Positions 8,429-16,547 of a DNA stretch of 64,000 bases are shown one piece after another. The first letter of the stretch is position 1; the number at the start of each line of letters is the position of its first letter. Source of the stretch: a virus; the IMG/VR virus record IMGVR_UViG_3300006931_000007, one strand, 5' to 3'. The position numbers and the translations under genes are program-made. The notes beneath the pieces were generated by a model. That model made no database searches, was not told the DNA's origin, and saw nothing but the letters and a program-made list of their open reading frames with translations.

Positions 8429-9511
8429 TTAGAAACCCCTGATCAACGCAACAGCATCATATTTGTCATCTGCTGCGCAATAAATGAAGCCCATGTAGTC
8501 TATCTTGTTCGGGCTGGTCGAGAGACTTATGCCGGTCAAGTCCGTCCCGAAACGAATATGTGAACCCCAGCTGATCGTCCGCCCGCCGGCGGCATCTTGC
8601 TTCACGCGGAGGTTGATCTGTTGGCCGTCGAAGCCGCCGGTGAAGTCAATCGTGGTATTACCGTTCAACGGAACGAAGAATTTGTTGTTGACGCGCCAGT
8701 CAATCGTTAGCGTGGACGAATAGCCAATTGAAGTTGTCGGGTTCCCACCGTTACCGCCAGCACCACCATCGGTTTCAACAAGGTCCCAGGTATCGGTTCC
8801 GACCTTCATCAACCTGATGTAGCCATAGCGGCGATACATCGTCAAGGCTTCGGGGGCATTGATCGTTACGCCGCCTGCGCCGACTATCGAAGTGATGCCG
8901 GTCCCGGCCTGCGTGACCGTGATCTGTGTTCCAATCGGGTAGGACACCGCGCTGTTCAGGGGGATCGTAACTGTGTTGGGCGATGAGCTGGTCATCCGCA
9001 AAATCGCGTTGCGATCATTCGCCACAGCCGTGTAGGTAGTCCCGGCCTGTGTATTGATAATGGGCACGAGGCTTCGACCATCGACCCAAGCATTTAGCTT
9101 GCGGACATAATAGCCGCCGTCATTCGGATCGTCAGAGAACCCAGCACCAGTAACGGGCGCGCCAAACGCAACCCAAGTCGCCGGAGTCGATTTATAGACC
9201 ACCATTTGGTCTACATCATGGACATAGGCGTTCCAGCCATCCTGCGGAATTATGAAATACCACGTGGAATTCCGATAATAAGCAATCTGGTTGGTTTTAC
9301 CGGCGAACACGCCGGTAGCGCCAGAGGGCACAATGTATCGGTCGAGCGGAGACGGCGTGACGATGTCAACAATGTCCATCGCCTTGGATTTAACGCCGAT
9401 CTGGACAGTGGCCCCGATCCGCTGCCAGTTAGCGTCCGCGCCGGTATCCCAACCGCTTTCGCCGAAGGCCCACCCGTACAGGAGCCCGAGGAACGGATCA
9501 GTTGATGCCAC
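8429..9511 (-). CDS. DUF2793-like tail fibre protein
   Basis: 360 aa. The N-terminal pattern (GWDTGADANW..., PSPLDRYIVPSGATGVFAGKTNQIAYYRNSTWYFIIPQDGW) matches my memory of DUF2793 proteins, which sit next to GTA-type host-specificity genes. Confidence 0.6.
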   Translation of the reverse strand: MASTDPFLGLLYGWAFGESGWDTGADANWQRIGATVQIGVKSKAMDIVDIVTPSPLDRYIVPSGATGVFAGKTNQIAYYRNSTWYFIIPQDGWNAYVHDVDQMVVYKSTPATWVAFGAPVTGAGFSDDPNDGGYYVRKLNAWVDGRSLVPIINTQAGTTYTAVANDRNAILRMTSSSPNTVTIPLNSAVSYPIGTQITVTQAGTGITSIVGAGGVTINAPEALTMYRRYGYIRLMKVGTDTWDLVETDGGAGGNGGNPTTSIGYSSTLTIDWRVNNKFFVPLNGNTTIDFTGGFDGQQINLRVKQDAAGGRTISWGSHIRFGTDLTGISLSTSPNKIDYMGFIYCAADDKYDAVALIRGF

Positions 9512-9513
9512 TG

Positions 9514-11823
9514 TTATGCTCCATACCGTTTGCCGTAGTGCGTGCCATATCCGCCGCGCTCGACCGTAAAGTTGTGGGCTTGAAAGCTGGTGCGACCGCC
9601 AACCACGGATTCAAGGTTGACGCGGATCGTCCCATTCAATCTTGCTACTGGCGTCATTGACGGGTCAACGTCGCTGCTCGAATCGTACCAGGAATGAGGC
9701 ACGGTCATTATACCGCTGTCAGCAACTTCCGTCGTCCAAACGTTCGAGACCCCAGTCAAACCCGAGGACAAGTTGGCTAATGTACCAACTTCATTATAGT
9801 ACCGAACGTTGTATGTGGTTCCGACTTCCGGGCCGATGTTACCAGCGGTATGGTCGATAACGGTTGCCAGTTCCTGGGTCCGGTCTCTGTGGGCCCAAGA
9901 CACGGTAAGGGTACTGTAAATGACGTCAGGATAATAGACCGTGTTCAGTTTGAACTGACCCGGAGCATAGGGCTTGGCGTAACGCCCAACAAGGGTCAGT
10001 ACATCCTCGGGGGCGTCCGAAATCGACAACAGTGCGGTCGCGGTCCGCGTCAGTATCCGGGCGTTCAGAACCTCACTGGTTGCGTACTCCGTCGGATCGG
10101 CGGCTTCATTGCCTTCGGCAAAGAAGATGCGCGTGCCCGCCACGTGTTTCGCCGGGACCGTATCGAGACAACCCCGAGCGAAGGTCAACACGCCGGTCAC
10201 TTCGTCGAAAGCATCAACGCGGACGCGCTCGAACTCAATGATGGCGTAGCCGCCAATATCAAAGTTGGTGAAATCACCCTGGAGGCCGGTCAGCACCACC
10301 GACGTTGTCAAGTAATCAATATCAGTTACAAGAGCGCCATGGAAGCAGAATGAGCCATCGGACGCCTCCGTGTATACGCCGCCGGAGGGACGTGTCCAAA
10401 GCTCATAGCTCTGGGTTGCCGTCGTGGGTTCCCCGATAGCCGCGAGGAGGAAGGCGCTGGTGTTCGTCAGGTAAGCCAAATCAGCCGGGTTGAGCGTCCG
10501 TTGAATATCCCAGTAAGACGCCTCAAACACGCGACGGTACGCCGCGGGCTGAGGTGGCTGAATCGGATCAACCCAACCCGAAGGCTGATTGCCAATGTAA
10601 GTTGTCTCAGGAAGCCCAAACACATCTTCGATACAGTCCAGCTGAATCGTCCCGCTGGTTAGATCGCCGAAGTTGATTGCGAGAACGCGCAGGACCATTC
10701 CGACCACGCCGTGTTCCGCCCAGGAGAACTTGATCACGTCGCCAATGGTGATGTCCCAAGCCGTCCGGTTGACCTTCATTTTCACGCGCGCGAGCGGCGT
10801 GGACCTCTGGCGAAGGTCGCGCATAGCGACGCGCGCGGCGATGTTCGCGTTGTCAATGCCTGGGTAGTTTACCGTCTGCGACACAATCCCCTCTTGAGCT
10901 TGTACCGCGGCGAGGTTCTGGACCGTTACCGAATCGTCAGTCAGGAAGCCTTGGGGCCGATATGAAACAACAATCTCGTTGACCATTTCGGCGTAGCTGG
11001 GCCGCTCGAAGTTATCTAGCGAGACAATATTGGTCTCATCGAACTCCTCCAGGGCATCCACGTCATAATCTTCGCGCAACAATTTAATCGCGAATTGACC
11101 ATTGTCCGGGCGGCAATAGAACATGCCGTTGACGTGGCTCATTACCGAATAGATGAAGCTCTCAATGCTATCCTCCGTTGCGAGGATAAACGAAAGCCCG
11201 AAGTTTTCAGCATAGAGCGCATCGGCGACCGCTGTGAAGCTCGCGAGGTCCAATGAGGCTTCGGAGTACCCCATGCCCCAGTCGCTATTCGTCAAACACT
11301 CATAGATGATATGGGCCGCGTTCGCGCTGGTCCCGTTGACCGTCGCCTTCGCAGCATACCAGGTCTTGCCGGGTATCCGCTTGACCTTGAATGACCATGC
11401 CTTCGGATACGGGGACATGGCGCTGACGTAGCATTTGCGTAGAACGATAGACAGGACGCCGCGGAACGCCGGAATGACGGACCCGAGCTGGCCGACCAAA
11501 TAACTGTTTTTGGCCTGCGTCGGTTCCCCCATCATAATATCGACTTGACCGCTGACGCCGCCTTCCTTCTTCTCACCCCCGAACAAATCAGGCGCTTCGA
11601 CGTGAATCTGTTCGGAGACCGTCGTGGGGTGGGGTGAACCCGATTCAGTCCAACCGCTTTTCCCGGTCAGGCTGATGAAACTGTGCGTGTAGCGTTGACC
11701 GGCCCAAGCGACCCGCTCACCAACGATAATCTTCTGGACTTCATCGACCGGGCCGTGACAAACCACCATGTGCATGCCAAGGTAGTATTTATAGCCAATC
11801 GTGACGCTCTTGCTGCTACCCAT
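9514..11823 (-). CDS. tail tip / host-specificity protein (lambda gpJ / GTA g15-like)
   Basis: 769 aa, downstream of the hub genes. The N-terminus MGSSKSVTIGYKYYLGMH is typical of central tail fibre proteins, from memory. Confidence 0.7.
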   Translation of the reverse strand: MGSSKSVTIGYKYYLGMHMVVCHGPVDEVQKIIVGERVAWAGQRYTHSFISLTGKSGWTESGSPHPTTVSEQIHVEAPDLFGGEKKEGGVSGQVDIMMGEPTQAKNSYLVGQLGSVIPAFRGVLSIVLRKCYVSAMSPYPKAWSFKVKRIPGKTWYAAKATVNGTSANAAHIIYECLTNSDWGMGYSEASLDLASFTAVADALYAENFGLSFILATEDSIESFIYSVMSHVNGMFYCRPDNGQFAIKLLREDYDVDALEEFDETNIVSLDNFERPSYAEMVNEIVVSYRPQGFLTDDSVTVQNLAAVQAQEGIVSQTVNYPGIDNANIAARVAMRDLRQRSTPLARVKMKVNRTAWDITIGDVIKFSWAEHGVVGMVLRVLAINFGDLTSGTIQLDCIEDVFGLPETTYIGNQPSGWVDPIQPPQPAAYRRVFEASYWDIQRTLNPADLAYLTNTSAFLLAAIGEPTTATQSYELWTRPSGGVYTEASDGSFCFHGALVTDIDYLTTSVVLTGLQGDFTNFDIGGYAIIEFERVRVDAFDEVTGVLTFARGCLDTVPAKHVAGTRIFFAEGNEAADPTEYATSEVLNARILTRTATALLSISDAPEDVLTLVGRYAKPYAPGQFKLNTVYYPDVIYSTLTVSWAHRDRTQELATVIDHTAGNIGPEVGTTYNVRYYNEVGTLANLSSGLTGVSNVWTTEVADSGIMTVPHSWYDSSSDVDPSMTPVARLNGTIRVNLESVVGGRTSFQAHNFTVERGGYGTHYGKRYGA

Positions 11824-12019
11824 CTTTCATGGCCTCTTCAACTACCATTTGCGCCTGATGGTCTCCGGTCGCAAGGAGCACTTCAGCTTCGACTCCGTTT
11901 TTCAGGAAGTCGTCAAAGTCCAGATTATACCTGTCCGCAAACAATCTCATACCCCGGACGCAATAACCTCTGTTGTTGGCCGCAAGGATCGCGCGCGCAT
12001 GTCGAATATAGACCCGCAT
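11816..12019 (-). CDS. small tail-module protein
   Basis: 67-aa ORF, tightly coupled on both sides. Confidence 0.5.
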   Translation of the reverse strand: MRVYIRHARAILAANNRGYCVRGMRLFADRYNLDFDDFLKNGVEAEVLLATGDHQAQMVVEEAMKDG

Positions 12020-12243
12020 TATTTGCCCGACTTCGTTTTGACTTTGGAGTACCCCAAATTGCCGTACCAGACCACGTTCGAGCTTTTCACAATCACGGTC
12101 CCGAACACTACGGGAATCGGGCGCCCGGGCTCGGCGGTCGGAATCTGAAGATCAGAGAGGATCGGCGGCTTGGGAACCGGCGCTGATGGCGCCATCGCCA
12201 TCGCGATAGCGAAGGCAATAATGAAAACAACGATATACCACAT
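12019..12243 (-). CDS. small membrane-anchored tail-module protein
   Basis: 74 aa with an N-terminal hydrophobic helix (MWYIVVFIIAFAIAMAMA). Confidence 0.55.
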   Translation of the reverse strand: MWYIVVFIIAFAIAMAMAPSAPVPKPPILSDLQIPTAEPGRPIPVVFGTVIVKSSNVVWYGNLGYSKVKTKSGK

Positions 12244-12252
12244 GATGCCTCC

Positions 12253-13065
12253 TCAGAAGATCGGCGTGCCGTTCATCGGATTCTTGTCAGGATAGAACGG
12301 CTGACCGCCGTAATTATCCTCATTGTCAAATTTATCATGGCAGGTCTGAAGCATATGGTCACACCCCGGATACGCCACAACATCATCGGTTCCAACCAAG
12401 CCTTGGAACGGGAGGTTGATGGTTATATCCTCGCCGACGTGATCGACGATAAAGCGCCGCTCAACGTCGCCGTCATCCGTGGTCCAATCGACGTACCCGC
12501 CGGCAAACCAGCCATCTTCGGTCAACGCGAAAGTGGGCGAGGTGAGCACCGTGCCGGTTGTCCCAATCAGAGTAGCAGCAACAGCGAATGACGCGCGCTC
12601 GACGCTACACTGCGCCCCGTAAAGGACATGTGGGCAAGTGGTTTGGTATCGACGGCGAAGCGCCGGACGCTTCAGCGAAGTGAACACAGGTTCGCACCGC
12701 ACTTCGGCGTCGCGCTCCCCGAATTTCACGTTGGTTACGCGGCCCAACCATACCGTTACATACTCGGCGAGCCCCTGGTGGAATCGACGAATGGACAGCG
12801 TGGTTACGCTTGACGGCGGGCTCGACCGATACGGGAGGAGGAATGGGAGTGACTTGGACATCTTGAGGTTGATTGGGCCTCGGGCCACTTCCTGAGATTG
12901 ACCGATTTTGTCGCGGCTTATCGGATAGGCAACATACAAGAAACCGTCAACGGTTTGATCCGCGTCGGCGGAGGTATACCGCCATACATTGGTCTGACGC
13001 ACCAGCGTGTAGATTTCAACGGGGTTGCCGTCATACTCGCTTCGCTCAATTGTATCAATGGTCAC
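12253..13065 (-). CDS. tail hub protein, BR0599/DUF2163-like
   Basis: C-terminal YPGCDHMLQTCHDKFDNEDNYGGQPFYP matches the remembered BR0599 (GTA g13-like) signature. Confidence 0.65.
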   Translation of the reverse strand: MTIDTIERSEYDGNPVEIYTLVRQTNVWRYTSADADQTVDGFLYVAYPISRDKIGQSQEVARGPINLKMSKSLPFLLPYRSSPPSSVTTLSIRRFHQGLAEYVTVWLGRVTNVKFGERDAEVRCEPVFTSLKRPALRRRYQTTCPHVLYGAQCSVERASFAVAATLIGTTGTVLTSPTFALTEDGWFAGGYVDWTTDDGDVERRFIVDHVGEDITINLPFQGLVGTDDVVAYPGCDHMLQTCHDKFDNEDNYGGQPFYPDKNPMNGTPIF

Positions 13066-14720
13066 GGTTTAATCTCCACCATGCGGATTGTGGCCATGCT
13101 GATACCGTTCCCGGGCCAGTCGATTTCGAGCCGGTCGGTATCAAACCGCTTCAGCCCGAGGAAGGAAATCATTTGGATTTCGCTGGCGTCTACGCTGATT
13201 GGGCTATCAATCCCGATAATAATGTGTTCAGCATCGTCCAGGGAAGTCCCGGTGATTGCGCGCGCGTGCCAGGAACCATCCGCCAAAAGGATTCCGATAT
13301 GGTTGCGAGCGTCGCCCAGCCCCCGGTAGTTGTCCGCCATAACACGCAAACCCGAGCTGACCAAGCCAGTCATGTCCAGTCGCAGATCGTTCTCGAACGT
13401 CGGAAGCCAGAATGGGCGGAGCTTACCGGCGCGCCGATAAATGAACTCACGGAACGTCCAGGACTCCTCGGGACCGTAGTTGATGAACGTAAATGGGCGA
13501 CCGATCCGGTTGTTGATCCAAGGCGCATAGAACTCCACCTTGCCAGTCTCATAATCGACTACATCCACCCGGGTCAAAATATCGTCGGTGATTTCCCCGG
13601 AATCGCCAAGCAACTGTTCGGTCCAATACAAGTCATAGCCCAGGTATTGAGCCGGCGCCGCGCTCGCCAGGTCGATGTTGTCAGTGACGTTATAGTTCAC
13701 CTGCAGATAGCCTTGGAAGCCCGTCGTGGTCCGCTTAATGTTCCCAGTCACGCGACCGTTGTACACCGGACAGATCGCCGCGGCATCATAACTATTGCCC
13801 AACACACGCGTCAGCGTTATCGAGGCGGCGTCAATCGAGTCGATTTCAATGACTTCGTTCTGAGTCGCAGAAGCCCAAATCAAGAGCAATCCCCCGGCGC
13901 GGAAGTCGAAGTGATCCGTGTCGCAGGGAATAACGATGTCACCTGAAATGAGGTTCGGGACTATTTGGGCTTGAGACCAAACCGGGATCGCCCACTTGCG
14001 ACCGATCCAGCCATATGCGATGTTCTGGGCTCGGGCCATTTCGCCCGGGGGCACCGGGTAGCTCATATTGAAGCTCTGGCGCGCCGCTTGACGGAGACGC
14101 ACCCGCTGCTCGGAACCGTCGTTGGAAACCATGACGTCAGTAGACCATTCCAGGGTTTCTTTCAGCGGCGCCTCCGCCTGGTAGGGCAAGCTCACGATCC
14201 GCGCGCCGACTATTTCGACAACCGCATCATCAACCGTTCCGGTCCAATCGAAGTTGAGGAAGGCGTGAATGCTCGCCGGACCCTCGGCGAGGATCGCAAG
14301 CGGAATGATGATTGTTTGAAGTGGGAACCATACCGCCGGGAGCGCGGGCAGAGTGATTGAAAGGCCGTCGCCGCCGGAGACCAGAACTTGTTCGAGCGTC
14401 TTGTTGGTCAAGTAGCCGTTGAATACAGAAATTGGTCGAGACTGGTCACTGACCAAGTTGCCAATGTCAATGTAGCCGGGCTCAATCAGAATCCGGTTGT
14501 AGAAATCGTCCACAAAGCTCCGCATTTCGGTCCCGGGCTTATGGTCGGTGGCTTCGGCGGCAACAGGCTGGGTATCGGTCTTGGTAGAATCCAAAAGGCC
14601 GGACATGAGCCAGCCTTCGGTCGCGGTCTTGAATTCAATTGGCAGGTCAAGCCACGGCGGTGCAACCGCCGTCTTTCCCCATTCGATCAGGCTGTACAGA
14701 TTCCCCGGAAGGTTCGCCAT
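13062..14720 (-). CDS. distal tail protein-like structural protein
   Basis: 552 aa in the TMP-proximal tail block. The C-terminal half (ETLEWSTDVMVSNDGSEQRVRLR) resembles DUF2460/TIGR02217-type proteins, from memory. Confidence 0.6.
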   Translation of the reverse strand: MANLPGNLYSLIEWGKTAVAPPWLDLPIEFKTATEGWLMSGLLDSTKTDTQPVAAEATDHKPGTEMRSFVDDFYNRILIEPGYIDIGNLVSDQSRPISVFNGYLTNKTLEQVLVSGGDGLSITLPALPAVWFPLQTIIIPLAILAEGPASIHAFLNFDWTGTVDDAVVEIVGARIVSLPYQAEAPLKETLEWSTDVMVSNDGSEQRVRLRQAARQSFNMSYPVPPGEMARAQNIAYGWIGRKWAIPVWSQAQIVPNLISGDIVIPCDTDHFDFRAGGLLLIWASATQNEVIEIDSIDAASITLTRVLGNSYDAAAICPVYNGRVTGNIKRTTTGFQGYLQVNYNVTDNIDLASAAPAQYLGYDLYWTEQLLGDSGEITDDILTRVDVVDYETGKVEFYAPWINNRIGRPFTFINYGPEESWTFREFIYRRAGKLRPFWLPTFENDLRLDMTGLVSSGLRVMADNYRGLGDARNHIGILLADGSWHARAITGTSLDDAEHIIIGIDSPISVDASEIQMISFLGLKRFDTDRLEIDWPGNGISMATIRMVEIKP

Positions 14721-14722
14721 TG

Positions 14723-15652
14723 TTACGCTCTTTTGTAGGCCACGCCATAGTTACCGCAAGGAGCACAAACGATCCCGGTGGCGTTCTTCTGCGTCAACGG
14801 GAAGCATTGCCAGTCCGTCAGTATAACCTCCGCCGGGTCAATGTACTTGTTCGGGCAACCGCGGACGCCGGGAAGTTCGCCCGCGATCCGATATAGACCA
14901 GGTGCAGGGTCAAGAATCGTGACATACATAGGAAACAGCGGAGTGCGGAGCGTCGCGGCATTGGGAGAATCGCGATACAGCCGATCAACCATGCTATTGG
15001 GCCCAGACATACCGGCGCGCTGGTTATTCAGGAGGAACCCGAGGCCCGCAAAGTCGCGGTAATCGCCCAAAGCACCGGAGGCCGGCGCCGCGCGAACGAA
15101 GCCGGCGCCGTTGCCAGCTCCATTATTCAGTTGGCCGTTGAATACTGCTTTTTGATTCCCCGAGGTCACATCATAGAAATAGGTTTGGCCGGATTGAACG
15201 AAGGTTGATTCATAGCAACCCGCGGTCAGGAACTCGCCGCCGGTGAAGGTATCGACCTTGGCGATGTTGCCGAAGGCGATATGGTTGAAGATACCGTTGG
15301 TCAATTCCACCGCGGCGTAGACGCAGGTGCCTTCGCTGTACAGGTATAGGCTCGGATACGGCCCCGGGAAAGCATAGGCGCTCATCCGGGTGTCATAGGG
15401 CTGGCCATTGCCCGTAGTGCTGACAACGTCGGTTGTTTTTGCCGCGAGCGCCATGAAGGCGACGATCCCGTTGCCGGTCGAGCGCGGAACGAAATGCCAG
15501 TACACGCTCCCTTTCTGGAGTCGTTTCATGGTCCGGGAGCCCGACACAGTAACGTCCCCGGCGTCGGAGAAACCGGCGTGAGCGACCGCATAGGCATGCA
15601 GCTGAGAGATAACGTCAACGATGCTGGAGGCTGTAGTCAGCGAAAAGCTCAT
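14723..15652 (-). CDS. virion structural protein (tail)
   Basis: 309-aa ORF between the TMP and the distal tail gene. No assignable motif. Confidence 0.65.
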   Translation of the reverse strand: MSFSLTTASSIVDVISQLHAYAVAHAGFSDAGDVTVSGSRTMKRLQKGSVYWHFVPRSTGNGIVAFMALAAKTTDVVSTTGNGQPYDTRMSAYAFPGPYPSLYLYSEGTCVYAAVELTNGIFNHIAFGNIAKVDTFTGGEFLTAGCYESTFVQSGQTYFYDVTSGNQKAVFNGQLNNGAGNGAGFVRAAPASGALGDYRDFAGLGFLLNNQRAGMSGPNSMVDRLYRDSPNAATLRTPLFPMYVTILDPAPGLYRIAGELPGVRGCPNKYIDPAEVILTDWQCFPLTQKNATGIVCAPCGNYGVAYKRA

Positions 15653-15655
15653 AAT

Positions 15656-16546
15656 TCACCCAAGTTTTATGGCGGCATAATCGCGCCGGCCTGTACGGTA
15701 AGCACTCTGGACAACCAAGTAGTCATCCGCTCCAATATCCATGATGTTCTCGCTCGCGTTCGAGAACCCGGAAACAAAGAATACACCTTCAAGCTCGCCG
15801 TAAACGTTGGCGCCACTATAACTGGCGTGGAGAACCGCGGCCAACAGGCCATAGCCTCCGTCCTGATTGCGACCCAGGAACCAATCTTGCTCCCAAGGCC
15901 AGCAGGTGTTCGGGGTCAACTCCGACCGGATCGTGTCAGTGCGTGCTTGGAAGTTTGCGATTTCAAGCCACGCGCCGTCGAAGTGGCGCAGGTAAGCTGA
16001 TGTCTGCGTCGGGTCCCAGAACGATCCCACCCGGTAAGTGCCCTCAGACCAGCGCACAATCGTCGAGGCTGAAGCGCCGATGAATAATGGGTAGGGCATT
16101 TCATCTGAGGTTGCATACGGATAAATGAAACCGCCGTACAAGGTCTGGTAGGTGGTCGAGACCTTCGCAATCAGAATGAACCGCCGCCCGTTAGCAATTA
16201 CCCAATACGGGATCGCCGACTGCCACAGCGGAAGGTTTGCGGCAGGCGAGACTCCAGGCTGTTGATCAAACGGCTGTAGGGCATTGTACGCGACGGCACC
16301 GCGGACCTGCCAATTGTAGTAATCGCTAGACACGTTCTTGAACTGTCGAATGTTCACGTGAATCTGGTCGGTTCCGGCGAGCCCCGGGCCTTGGAGGTAT
16401 GCAATACGCTCATCGGTGATCGACGTATCGAGCGCGAGCTGCGTCCAAGCCTCCGCTCCCATCGTCCCGGAGGAGAGGTGCGTGATCAACTTGTCAAGCA
16501 GATCGGCCCAATCAGTCGCGGTCCCGGTGAATACGTGGCTGGCCAT
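15656..16546 (-). CDS. virion structural protein (tail)
   Basis: 296-aa ORF immediately after the TMP. The segment ANGRRFILIAKV faintly echoes CNGKLFYLFIN in the fibre paralogues. Confidence 0.65.
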   Translation of the reverse strand: MASHVFTGTATDWADLLDKLITHLSSGTMGAEAWTQLALDTSITDERIAYLQGPGLAGTDQIHVNIRQFKNVSSDYYNWQVRGAVAYNALQPFDQQPGVSPAANLPLWQSAIPYWVIANGRRFILIAKVSTTYQTLYGGFIYPYATSDEMPYPLFIGASASTIVRWSEGTYRVGSFWDPTQTSAYLRHFDGAWLEIANFQARTDTIRSELTPNTCWPWEQDWFLGRNQDGGYGLLAAVLHASYSGANVYGELEGVFFVSGFSNASENIMDIGADDYLVVQSAYRTGRRDYAAIKLG

Positions 16547-16547
16547 C

